Assembly (NCBI RefSeq): GCF_009914755.1 | Contig: NC_060929.1 | Strand: one strand, 5' to 3' | DNA length: 64,000 nucleotides | Source of the DNA: the human T2T-CHM13v2.0 reference genome, Homo sapiens | Part shown: positions 13,959 to 27,470 of the stretch, piece by piece | Layout of the letters: each line of letters begins with the position of its first letter | Position numbering within the stretch: the stretch's first letter is position 1 | Translations under genes and position numbers: made by a program | Notes under the pieces: model-generated | Seen by the model: only the letters and a program-made list of their open reading frames with translations | Databases searched by the model: none | Told to the model about the DNA's origin: nothing

Positions 13959-16900
13959 TAATGTTTTCTTCCTAATCAGCTTTAATGTCAGAAGACTCAA
14001 AATCCACATCTGAGGGGTTCTTACACCCCTCCAGGGGCTGTTAGGAAACACAGTGAAAATGGTTTGGGCATACAGAAAACACTCTGTGAGTGGGATGAGC
14101 CAATGGAAATGTTCTCGTGCTGCAGAACACTCAGTGGTAGATGAAGGGTGGTTTGTGTATCTTAATGACTGAGTCCCTGCTCATCGATATCCCAATCACT
14201 TGACTTCTTAACACAGTTTATCTCCCTACTTGAAATGTTTTACCTTTCCCCCCATTCGAAAGTTATTCCACACACATTCATGAAGCATTTTACAAATGCT
14301 GCAGCCTCCCTAAGACTGGATGCTGATAACACTTCTAAAGGGGCACAGACTCCATAAGACTGTGGATGCCGATACACTTCTCAAGAGGCACCATTTCCTT
14401 TCCCCTAGCAAGCCTTGTATAGCTCTGTCCCCTCACTGGATACACAGAAAACAGTCTTGACCGAGCATCTGCCATATGTCTTCATGCTACCTTCCCTTCC
14501 TTGTCCCCATTGCATGTGTGCTCTGCGTCATGCAGGGCTGCTATTGTCTAGCTGAGGTTGTTAATTCATTCAGTATTGAGGCCCTCCAGTTAGCTGTGCT
14601 AGGTGCCTAAGAAGGAAGTCACAGCACTGTTAACCATAGACTCCAGGTCCTACATCTCCTTCCTCTGCAGAGTGAGGAGATGTTTGCATCTGAAAAGGTA
14701 AACAGGGGCCAGCTGAGTGGTGCAGGGGACATTCGCTCTGGCTGCATTTATTTGTAGTAATTCCTGTTTGGTTCTTAAGAACACAAACTTCTGGAGCTAC
14801 CAGTTGCAGCATTGACTAGCTGTGGGAGAAGTCACTTTGGCATTCAGGGCTTGTTTATGGAGTGGAAATAATAGTAGTGACAGTAATAAACATGTTTGTT
14901 GTATGTGCCTCCTGGGGGACCTGGAGGTGAGCTCACGGGGAATCATGGCTGTGAGTGTGGTCTATGTGAATCTATAGGCATTGGCTAATGTCAGTGACTA
15001 CTACACTCTGAGATTCTGCTTTAATATTATAAACACCAACTTCAAAAGCCCTTTTGGCTTCTTTGCCGGAGAGTATCAGGTGTAAGGTCTCTCTTTGCAC
15101 TTGCATCTAGTGTCTGCCTAGAGAGGATCATTTCCTCAGCCTCGGCTTGGTCAAATGATGGCATTCTCACTGGCTGTGCCCTGGCTTTGTCACTAATTGT
15201 TAGGCAGTTTCAGAGATCGTGTTGCATGTTACTTCACCCCGTTTCTGCTGACTGGCTGCCTCCTGAGTGCTGCTTACTGCAGTTCATAGATGTTTCTGAA
15301 AACTGCTTATGGGTGACCCTGAGTAAACAATTAAAAGTCACTGTATTTTCTATGTTAGAATTAAAAAATCTACCTTGCCAAGAAAGCTTGTGACCTTGTA
15401 AAGATTGGGAAAACTCCACTTGTCATAAACTTAACCAGTTTCCAACTCATGCACTAAAGCAAAGCTTTAAGCCACTTTGCCTTATCAAAAGGCCATGAAA
15501 CTTTCATTCTGTCCTAGCCTCACCACTAACTAGTGGTGTCATTTTATACATCATCAAGCCTTTTGGGTTCCTTGACCTCACTCACCAGACCTGGAGGGCC
15601 CCGGCCAGTTTTAGGCATTTAATTTTGACTTTTTGATGACAGAATGGTTTCCAAGGGTGTTTGAGATTCCCTGTGGAATTATGTTCACTACAATCAAGTT
15701 TCCATTGCATTAAGATGAGTGCAAGTTAGAGGAAACACATCACAGGGTTTACTTAGCCTGGAACAGAGCTGGACGCATGATTGCTCCTCAGTAATCAGAT
15801 AAATAAGATGTGATTTACATCAGAAGCTGTAAATGACTGAGAACATTGGTGTTGCAGTAAAGATTATACTTATTCTACCTTAAAGTACTAAAATCCTAAT
15901 CTTGATTAAAGGTTAATTCTATAATTGGTCAGTGACTTTTTAATTTTACCTGCCATAATAATTGCTAGCAACTACTGGGTAAAAAAAATATGCTGGTTAT
16001 TAAACATATGTACTTGTTATTCCTTCTGAAAGGTCATTGTTATTATTCCCATTTTATAGATCAAGAAACTAGGTCTCAGAGAGGTTGCATAATGTCTCAG
16101 GGTCTCCCTGCTAGCAAGGGGCTGAGCTTGAATTCAAACTCAAATCTACGTGTCACTAAAGCCCCCTCTCTCTAGAGCCATGTAACCCCTGATGTGGTAT
16201 GTGGCCTCTAGATTAGTACTGGATCAGTTTATAATTTTAAAGTGCATTTGTTCCCTTAAGTCTTTTCTCCACATGAGCTAAATATTTTTCATAATTTTTC
16301 TGTACTCGTGTACTTAGCCCTTTACATCATGTGTGGTTGAACATTCTATTATTTGGTGAGACTATGACTGTCTAATTGGTCAGTGAGAATCTGACTTGTC
16401 TAGCAACAAAAGAACTCCTTGAGAAGAGGAGCGACTATTTGTACATTTGCATTGCAGCCCTGGTTGCAGTGATGAACTCTTGCTATAGTATGTTACAAAA
16501 TTATGTCATTGATTTGTAGATTGAGTATAGTTGCTTAATTATTCTCACCTGCTGAATTTGCAGAATTTGTCATTCATCATTCATTCAACAAAGCTATACT
16601 GAGTTCCTGCAGTGTTAGTCACTGGGCATATAGTAATCAATGTAAACCATCGTGTATTACTATACTTGAAGGGCTGTGACCTGGAAAATCACTGATATGT
16701 TATTCCAGAATGAATAAAAGTGAAGTTGAACTTAAGGCATATACTTTAAAAGAATGGACTTTTTAATAATCATTGTAGCACAACCAGAAATTTTTGCTAA
16801 TGAATTATCCAATTAACTTTTCTGAAGCCTAAAATAATTATGCTGTTATTTCTTTTGCATATGAATAACTTCTGTTTGTATTGATCCTTGATGCATTTAC

Positions 16901-17789
16901 ATCTCTGCCCAAATGATATGACATTCCTATCTAGAGGGGAAGGATATTTATTAGCTTATACTTCTCTAGATTGATACTACTGATTCTTTTAGGAAAACAG
17001 TAATTCCTGAAGTTACAAAGTCAGGCTAACAGTATTCCCACAAAACATCTTGTAATAGCTTCATGTGCTATAGGGAATTTTTTTGTTTAAAAAGTGCTCC
17101 CTTTCTATAATCACTTTTTGGTTGTGGAATTCCTGAAACAATTTGTTTTGGTTATTCTGAAAAATTCTGAATCTTCCCTAATACCTTTAGTAATAAAATA
17201 GGACCTGATAAAAATCACGAAGTGTCTTTGAATCTGGCTGAATATCTAGACTTAATGAGTGTTTAAGGCTCCATGTCAACCTGCAAAGATACCTGGTGAA
17301 GCACCCTTATGTACTTTTCTAAAAAAACCCTGCCCTGTTCCATACTTTAATCAACGACTCAACAACATAGAAGTCATCTACATAGTGTTTTCATACGACA
17401 TAAGCCCAAAAAGGATGGCTTCCACTGCATATGCCTGTGATCATGATTCATAATGATTTCAATAGGCTGCAATGCTGGATGGAAACCAACATGATGAAGT
17501 TGAGCAAGGAATAAGTGTACATTTCTGCTTTTAGATTCAAAAGGCAATTGCGCAATTACAGGATGGGGAACAACTGAGCTTGGCAGCAGTTCATGTGACT
17601 AAAGGCTTAATGTGAACCAACAGTAGGAAGTGGTGGCTAAAAAAGAATGAATGTAGCCGTGTGCTTCCTCAGTAGAAATATTAATAGTCACTGTACTCTG
17701 CGCTGACCGCACTGCATTGGGAATAATTTGTTTGGTTCTGAGCACATTCAGGAGAGGCTTTGACAAAGCAGAGTAGCTACTAAGAGGGT

Positions 17790-18300
17790 GTTGAATCCAA
17801 TCCAAGACACATTTATTAGACTCCTGTTTTGGGCAGGCAATGTGCTAACCAGGGCAGGCAATAAAGACACAAAGAGACTTTGCCAGTCTCTAGGCTCAAG
17901 GAGTTGAAAATTTAAATAGAGAGTCAGACAGGTACACGCATGACTATAAAACAAAGCGCCCCACGAAACCAAGAAGCACAAAGAAAGGGTTGTGGGAATT
18001 CAGGGGCTGGGCTAGTGGTCAGATTTCCACAGGAAATGAGGACGAGAGCAGAAGAAGCCTTAAGAGCAAAGAGACAGAGACAGGAAAACCCAAGGCATGT
18101 CTAGGGAATGCTGAGAAGTCTGGGTTGCCTGGCAGAATAGGGTAGGCCTGCGTAGGAAATGAAGCTGAAAAAAGAAGGTTTGGGCCAGAGCGTGAGGACA
18201 TTGACTGGTAGGCAGTGGGAGGCATTACAGGTTGGTGAGCATCTGAAAAAAAATAATGATATATGAGGATCTGTTGGAGAAATGATGCATATTGAGTCTA
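17790..18300. mobile_element. LINE-2 fragment (approximate)
   Basis: L2 3'-end-like text: acatttattaga...ggcaatgtgctaacc..., gtaggcagtgggaggca. Confidence 0.55.
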
Positions 18301-18959
18301 TAGAAAAGAAGACCGAAGTCCCCTGGTAAACGTATCTCAGACTTGCTTTGGGTTCCTCCAGAAGCAAAAATTTATCTCAAAGGGAAAGGGTTAAAAGGAA
18401 TGAGATTTTAGATTTCTAAGCAGTTTTTTTTGTTTGTTTGTTTAATCAAAGCTGCCCATGGTGAAGACTTACCTTAGAAGATTGTGAGCACCATTGTGGT
18501 GGGACTCAGAGAAAGTTTGGTAACTGACACTCTAAACAGAGTTGGGGGAGAAATGCTGCAGCTTCACCAAGTGGCCTGGGCATTCTAGGGATTACCCATG
18601 GCCTTTGCAATGTGTAATTATCCATGGTTGAGGTTTTTTTCTTTCTTCTTTGACTTAAGACATCCATTAGTATGTCATTTTCTGAATAAAGCCACTATGT
18701 TATGACTCTCCAGTTCAACGAGAGATGTCAAACTAACTCCAGTGCAGGTCCCAGGGCTGTGACAGTAGCCACTCACCATGACTGTGGCACTTTACAACTT
18801 ACCCATTTTTTTTTTTTACTGTGATATATGGCTTCCTTTCAAACATGACTTTAAGCAGATTACTATCACAATTCCACATTGGATAGATCAAATGCACATC
18901 AATGATTGATACCAGTCTAGTGTGAAGAAGAATTTATTTTACAGAAAATCTCCAAGACA

Positions 18960-19175
18960 GTAGGCATAATGATCAAACAGTGGGCACTGGAGTTGGAGAG
19001 ACTTCAGATGCCAGCAATGCCACTTATTAGCTGTGTGATCCTGAGTGAGGGACTTAACCTCCCTGTTTCCTAATCCATAAATGCAGAGTGACCATTGTTA
19101 GCCTCCACCTTGAAGGGTTGTTAGGAGGATAAAGGAGGTGAAGCACTCAGCACAGTGCCTGGCAGTAGGCTCTAA
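18960..19175. mobile_element. MIR
   Basis: MIR core: gccacttattagctgtgtgatcctgagtgag..acttaacctc..., cagcacagtgcctggca. Confidence 0.8.
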
Positions 19176-20684
19176 TTTGACTGAGTTCTTATGGTTTACA
19201 ATGGTGTTCCAAGGAGCCCTTCAGAGCTAAAAATCCTTTTTTAAAAGCAAAAATAAAAACATCACTGTCATCATGCCACATATTATTAAGGCATCACGTA
19301 TGTTAATTTATTGAATTCTCAAAAACATCCATTTGCCAAGAGAGTGAGGGATTACATACCTTGACCAGTCACAAGCTGATAAATGGGGGGAGCCAGGATT
19401 CAAGCCAAGCAGCCCTGGAGTTCATGTTGATGACAACCATTTCCTTCCAGTTCGTACCAACACGTTTCTGTTTTCCTCCAATTCCATTCCAAATCACCCC
19501 GCTAGATAATTTGATGTGTTTTATTTGTTTAGGCCAGTTTCACAATATTTTTTTAAGTCCTGTTGACTGTAATAAATACATCAAAGGCTTAATGTTTATG
19601 TCCTTTGCCAGAGTATCAAGAAGGTCCTTAATAAATGTTGAAAGAGTGCACGAATAAGTGAAAAATTTTAATTGTAGGAGTAATTTATAGTCACTTTTAG
19701 AAGAAGCATGTTATCCTGAATGTAACTTCACTACCTTACCAATTCATTCCATTATTTGTGATGAGCCATAGTCCTTTGAATCCTTCATTTAAAAATCATT
19801 GTTTTGTACCTGGCTTCTCTTTACCTTATGTATAGTTCTTCTATTCCATACTTCTCTTTAACAACAATGTCCCCAGTTCTATCACTCGCTGTCTTTTTAA
19901 ATCATTTAGTGTGACTATATTTTACTCAAATATATCCATCTACCAATTGTGTTTGTTCCAAACCCTGGTGACTGTATCTTCATCACTCACTCTATTCCTA
20001 AATTCCAGATTAAAGAATTATTTTACCAACCCGTCTCATGCAACTCAAGTCAACCAAATGTTACTTCCACATCCTTTCTCTATACGCCTTCCTAGACCCC
20101 TGAAATCTATTCAGGATAAGTGAAGTTTGCTATAAGGGACTGTCCACAATTTTCTTGTATAATTTTTGGGATTCCTAAATACTCCTTGAAAAAAAACATT
20201 GGAATATGAAGCTGAGAAGAAACTATGCACGTAAGTATTACAAAACTAAAGTAGAATGTGCAGAAACAACTCCCTCCTAGAGAAGGAAGAAAGCTACAAA
20301 AGTGTTATGCCACTACTTGTGGAATATATCAGCAATTATTCAATTCCATTGCTGCCCTTGGACCTGGGGGCAAAAATGTAGCTTTTCCTGTTCCAAGGGA
20401 AGAATGTTCTGTTACAATGGTAACCAGAAACAGGGAAGCCGACCAATTCTAGAGTTTACTCCGACAGTGTTTTCACTCTATGCAGTAACACTGCTTTATT
20501 GTTTGGCTCTGGTAGCTGAGAGAACAATCTCCCACTCCCTAGGTGAGACTATTCTTTTATAGGAACTATTCTTTTAGATAAAACAACCAATGAGCTTTTA
20601 AATGCTGAGAAAACTAATCAGAACTGAAAGGGGGTGCCGTTGGCCACAGCTCAAGAAATATGCTGACTAAGATAAAAGCCCCTT

Positions 20685-20830
20685 CTGAATTTTTCTCCAT
20701 CCCATCTTCCTTTGCTTTCTCATCTCCCTTCCTTTTCTCTACGTTTTCTCTTTTCTCTTTCTCCTCTTGTCATTCTCTCAGCTCTATCTCCACAATCTTC
20801 CCTTTCTCCTCTCCTCAGCCCCAGCTCTAT
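20685..20830. repeat. CT-rich low-complexity polypyrimidine tract
   Basis: About 145 bp made up mostly of C and T. Confidence 0.75.
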
Positions 20831-20937
20831 CACCAAAGATTTCATTTTGCACACTCTTTTTACTGGCCAAAGTGTGGACCTGAATTTTTTAAATGTATTT
20901 TCTTATATAGTAGATAAGATTCACATCTCTGGATTTA

Positions 20938-21267
<330 letters not shown>

Positions 21268-23025
21268 TTATTCACTAGTTGCTTTTTTTTCTTTAAAGAA
21301 ATACATCTGTTTGAAAAATCTTAATTTCAGTTTCAAGCAACAAACAACTTCAGTCCATTTCAGAGTGCTAACGTTGGAATCTGGTTCCAGAATCTTTGCA
21401 GAGTGTGGGTGGGCACAGGTGCATGTGGCTCCTTTGGCCATAAGAATCTGCTGCTTCCCAGCCTCATGACTGGGCCTGGAGTCACACTCCTGCTTCAGCT
21501 GTTCTTTGGCAAAGCAGGGCCAGAATGAACTGGTCTTTAACATTCATATATTGCTTTCAACTTCTATGAGGCTTTCATTTCAATTCCTTTTCTTCTGTGA
21601 GGGACAGGCCTTCCTTGGGAAGAAAGGTCACCCCTTGAGTCTGACATGCTCTGCAGTCAGTTTGAGAAGCCTTTTGGTTAATTTTGGACAAGTCAAGCCT
21701 GGTGGTGGAATTCGGTCCCATTTAGCATTCTGCCAGCTAGGAAGCGTGCTATCTCGATCATCTTCCCAAGACAGTCATGCGGGAAGGTCTTTTCGCTAAC
21801 AAGAAACACAATCCAAAGTAAAGACAGCTTTTGTGGAAATTGCAAACTACTCATCCAGTGGTCAGTTGTAAATCATGATTCTTTTGGAAAGAAAGGGAGA
21901 CAGGCTGGGGCTCTGGCCCTCAAAGAACTTCCTCTCATTAAACCAAAGCAATTTGCTGCTCTCCCCAGGCTCTTTCTGTGCGTAAATTCACCTACTTTTC
22001 CCGCCACCATCAGTGGTCCTGGTGCTGCTGGTGAATGGGCATCATGGGGAGACAGGGCTTTCCACGTGATAGAGGTTTCTTTCCAAACCCAGGCTTTACA
22101 GGTAGATCCAAGGGTGGCTTTCGTCAGCCTGTTGCCCCCACTGCCCAACACACACTTTGCTTTTTGCTGCTATTTTCTGCGGTCCTGGGTTTCTAAATCT
22201 TGGCAAGAGGACAGTCATTCCTTTGTGCTCGGCTGTTACAATGAGGTAGCCAGAGAAAGGGTCTTGGTCTGAGGCTGTCAGCTGTTACTAATCACGACTC
22301 CCCGGCCCATGGTGGGTCCCGCTCGCCTCTCCCTCTTGCTCTGCTTAGCACACATAAAGAAGATGAATTACTCTCTGGTTCCTCTTCAAAAAAGCATATT
22401 GTGCGGCACATTCCAATACAGTGAGCGAAGGATGGGCTCATGTGAAGGGTAAATGGGTATCCAAATCACCTCGCAGCGGGGCTCGCGCCGGCAGCTGTGG
22501 GCCTCTGAGAAGTGAATTTCGGAGCTGCCCCTTCTGAGAGTTTCCGGCGACCTCGCTGAGAGTGAGAGGAAGTCCCTGCGGTGGGCCCTCTGGCAAACCA
22601 CATACTGGGAAGATCGCGGGACTGTGTTAAGCTGTCATGAGAGTCAATTGAATGGTCAAGACCAGCGTAGACAGAAATAAAGCTTGACCACTCAGAGGCC
22701 GCCATGGGCTGCTTACCCGGGAGAGGCAGTCTCCACCCCAAAGGTTAAGCCAAAGGGCGCTAGAAGTTCTTTGATGTTAGAAGTAGCAGTGGTGGAAGTT
22801 GTGCCTCAGTTTCCTCTCATTGCTTCCGAATTAAAGTTCATCCTCAAAGGACGACTGTAGCCAGAGAAAAGGGATTGTCTGCTTAGTCCTATCAGACCGA
22901 GGATACAGTGATTTAGTTGACTTTTTCTGCCACTAATAATACTGTCTTCGCCACTGATTTTTTTCTACTTAACAATCTTTCAAAAGAGAATGTTTCTCTT
23001 TTGCTTTTCTACACTTCATTTTCTT

Positions 23026-23358
<333 letters not shown>

Positions 23359-23927
23359 CTGCACTTCGTTTTCTTAAGGAACACTAGAGCTTGAAGAAAA
23401 AGACGTGTTGACAAGTTTTAAGGGTCAAATTTAAAAATCAGTTTCCCTGATAAAGTATGTGCCATCACACGTGGCAAATCTGTAAGGAACACTTGGTGTT
23501 TTCATGTAATGTAATCTTATAAGGCTAAGCTGTGTTATAGGCTAATAAAATGTCATTTGTGATATTATAAACAGCCATAATGAGAAGGAACCTTTGACCA
23601 GGGTGAAAACCCGTGTGAAAATGCTTGTGACTGTGAATTCTGCAAAATCGTTCTCCGCTCTTCATGGAGATGGTTTCATTCTCTTCACCAAGAATCACTG
23701 ATAAAAGTAAATTGCCTTCTTTGCTCAAAATTCCGTGAAGTGAACCTTTCTAAAATGTATTCCCTTGTTACAATGTCCATAAAATTTCTGTTCAAGTGAA
23801 ATGACCCAATACCCAAGGTCACTATCCTCATTCTGTGGTCTCCACTAGTGAGATGAAGCAAGTTCTTGGGTATGGTGGACAGCCCAAGATCATAGGAAAC
23901 AAAGATGGTAGGAAGGGAAGACAATAA

Positions 23928-24263
<336 letters not shown>

Positions 24264-25394
24264 TAAAGCCTCTACTATTAACCAAATGGGGGTTTATGCC
24301 AGTGTTTACAAACATTTTTTTTTTTACCAGAAACTACAATAATAAATATATTTTGTATTGCAACCTGGCACTCACACACATACACACAGAGAGCTGAAAA
24401 AAAATTCTCACAAAACAATACTTACCTTTACCACATGTGACACACTGTGATATTTTCTATTCACTTTGATTAATTGATGAAAATACTAGTTATGACCTAC
24501 TAAATTGACTTCATGAAGGCACACATTTAGACCACAGGCCTCTCTTTCATTCCCTTCTCTGCATTTCTATTTTAATTTACTCATTCATTCACCTGTTAAC
24601 ATATGGACAGATAGAGCTATAGCAGTTACTTCTATAGGCTCATCTGCAAGAGGGAAATATGTTAGCAAAACAGGGAAAATAATACAGGTGTGCCAGAGAG
24701 AAGGCAAAGGAAGGGAAAGCAATAGGGTGCCCATTCCATGGTGGTGAGTAATAAGTGGAAGTTTTCCAGCCTCCTGGCCTTCCTGAGCAGCTTAGGGCCA
24801 CCTTGCCGGGAACTCATTCCCAGCTCTGGAAATGAAACTCCGGGTGCCGCTGGGTTTGCATTGACACTCTTTCCCCACAAGGTTTGTCTCTTGTTGTTCC
24901 AGACAGAATGAACCTCATTATTTTGGATTAATTGGGGGAAGATCAACCAAAATTAGTGAGTCAGAATTAAAGAGTGTTTTAAACAAAAGCAACTTTAGAA
25001 TTTGTAATTCATATAGTAACCCAATCTAAGTGTTAGAAAAAAAAAAAAAAGCATGTGGCCTCTATCCAGCATAGCAACAAAAACACTAATAAGAATGGCT
25101 GGTTATTCAAAAAAATGATTATTGAGCCCCTCTATGTGCAGACACTATGCTAGGCACTGAGGCCACTGCAATGAATAAAACAGATGGTCCCGCTCTCTTG
25201 GCACTAAAATTCTGGTAGCAGGAGACACAGAATGAACAAAACTGTCCTTTATCAAGGACCTACTTTGTACCCTGTAAATATGTTTTCTCTAATCTTGCAA
25301 TGTAGATATTGTTAGTGTATTTTCTACATCAGAAGTAAGGCTTAGAGGTGAAATAATGCTTTGTGAACAGCTTGTTTATTATGTACCTGTTTAA

Positions 25395-25630
25395 TAAGTA
25401 ATAATAACACCTAACATTTGTTGAATGCTTACCACGTGCTGAACACTACTTTAAGTGCTTTCTATATGGAAGCCCCTTTAATGCCAGTGAAAACCCTATG
25501 AGGGAGCTTCTATTTTTCACATTCCACAGAGGAGGAAACTGAGGCTTGGAGAAGCCACATGGTACCAGAGCCAAAAGTAGAATCCAGGTATTCTAACGTC
25601 AGAGTCTGAACTCTTAACCACTGTGCCACT
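25395..25630. mobile_element. MIR
   Basis: taacatttgttgaatgcttaccacgtgc...cagaggaggaaactgaggct...ctcttaaccact. Confidence 0.8.
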
Positions 25631-27294
25631 GTCTCTTAGATTACATTCCGAGGCTATCACTGGCTTACTAACTGTGATGCAAAATTGTGACATAATCATT
25701 CTTTACCAACAATTTGGAATCTAACTTTTAATGATTTGTCTTCGGTTCCAGAACCCTTAGAATCATAGCACTTTGCAGTGTTTTTATAAGCTAGTCTATA
25801 AAGGGGCCAGAAGAAAATATTTTTGCACAGAAAAACAATATAGTTCTAGAGAGAGATTTGAAGTGACTTTCTTTGTGCTCCCTCCCCACCCCTCACTGCC
25901 TTTCCTGGGTGAGTTTTTTCACCCTCCTCCTCACTCTCTTCCTAGGATGGCAGTGTACCCTGGACTCAGCAGTGGGCAGCTGCCTAGGACACACGGCCCC
26001 ATTTTTCAATCTGTAATTATGAAGTATATTGTATTTTTAGAGTTTGATTTTCTTATTAAAAAAACTTATATTCACATGAATATGGTACATATTAGCACTC
26101 ATCCTTGCTTTCCTTGTAAGTTTGCCCATCTTGAAATTCTAGGAGGGTTGAGAACAGGCGTCTTTCATTAGATGCGTGTATGAGAAACTCATTGTGGAGA
26201 AGGGGTACATCTAAAATAAAATAAAAACTGAAACAGAACAATCTTCTTGAATCAGCAGTTGCCATCACTCTTTTCTTTCCTTCTGGACCTGTTCCAGTGG
26301 CCCTGGAAGAACAATGAAACATCATGGGGATAAGTGGGAAGACAATTCAAAACAGAAGACTACTTCTCTAGATTTTGTGTTTCAAAACCAGAGATGGGAA
26401 TTGTTGAGGGGAGTACACTGATACATGTTAATGTCCAAGTCACAGATTTTCAGCAGACAGGAGAATAAAATCCATGCCAATGATGGAAACTTGGGAACTT
26501 GGCACATTTTATGTTGTCCTTTAATACTTGACTGAATGTATATTTTATTTATCCAAGAAGTCATATTAATTATTATACCATAAGAGATCTAATTTACCAT
26601 ATAGACTTACAGAGTACCACATACACATTTCCAAAACATTCCCTCTCTGCCCCCTAAAATCCCATGAATTTGGTGCATATTTGTTGTGACAAATCAATTG
26701 CCAAAAGACTGTCTTTATAATTACCTATTTGCTCAAGAAACTCCCTTCCTTTCCTCTCTCTTCCATGTGATTACTGCCTAAAATACTCAGGTGTTTGAAG
26801 CAAAGTTTTAATCTTTTACTTTCTAGAAAGCATCTTATTCAGTCTCCTTCTGATGCTTAACTCATTGTTGAACAGAAATAGGTTTGGAGAAATGATTGCT
26901 TGCTTGATAAGTGGTTATTTATGGGTAGACTTGTAGAAAAGAAAATAAGACTCAAGTGCTCACAGCAGCCAGCAAATATCCACGGCTCTCCACCCTCCAT
27001 TAAACATGCTCTGGGCTGTTTTTCTAGGAATGGTGAAGAATTTGCACTGATATTATCAGCTCTCTAGCTAGTCCTTCTGGTGACCAGTGTTAATCAGCTT
27101 GATCTTAAAGTAGGTTTAGGGAATACTGAGTAATGGGACAGAGATTTTTCACAATTATATTCCTCCACAGAATTATCTTCAAGCCAAGTGGCTCATCTTA
27201 GCAATTAACTCAAATGCAAGAAAGTTAGAGAAAGTCAGCATGGATAACAAGCAAATGAAACATGGGTGACTCCTGGCTTGTCCATAAAAAGAGA

Positions 27295-27470
27295 CGTATA
27301 GCAGTAAGAATACTCTCTTGGAAATGTGGGTTCAAATCCTGCCACTGTCATTTATTAGCTGTGCAATGCCGGGCAAGTTATTTAACTTCTCTGGTCTCTT
27401 GTTTCTTCACCTATAATATAGTATCAACAATATCTGCATTATACAATTGTCATGGAATTAAATGACCATT
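27295..27470. mobile_element. MIR
   Basis: gggttcaaatcctgcc...tagctgtg...ggcaagttatttaacttctctg. Confidence 0.8.

Noticed and set aside
15922-16386. Exact 14-mer taattggtcagtga at 15922 and 16373
   Set aside because: The flanks do not align, and one such match in AT-rich 64 kb is compatible with chance.
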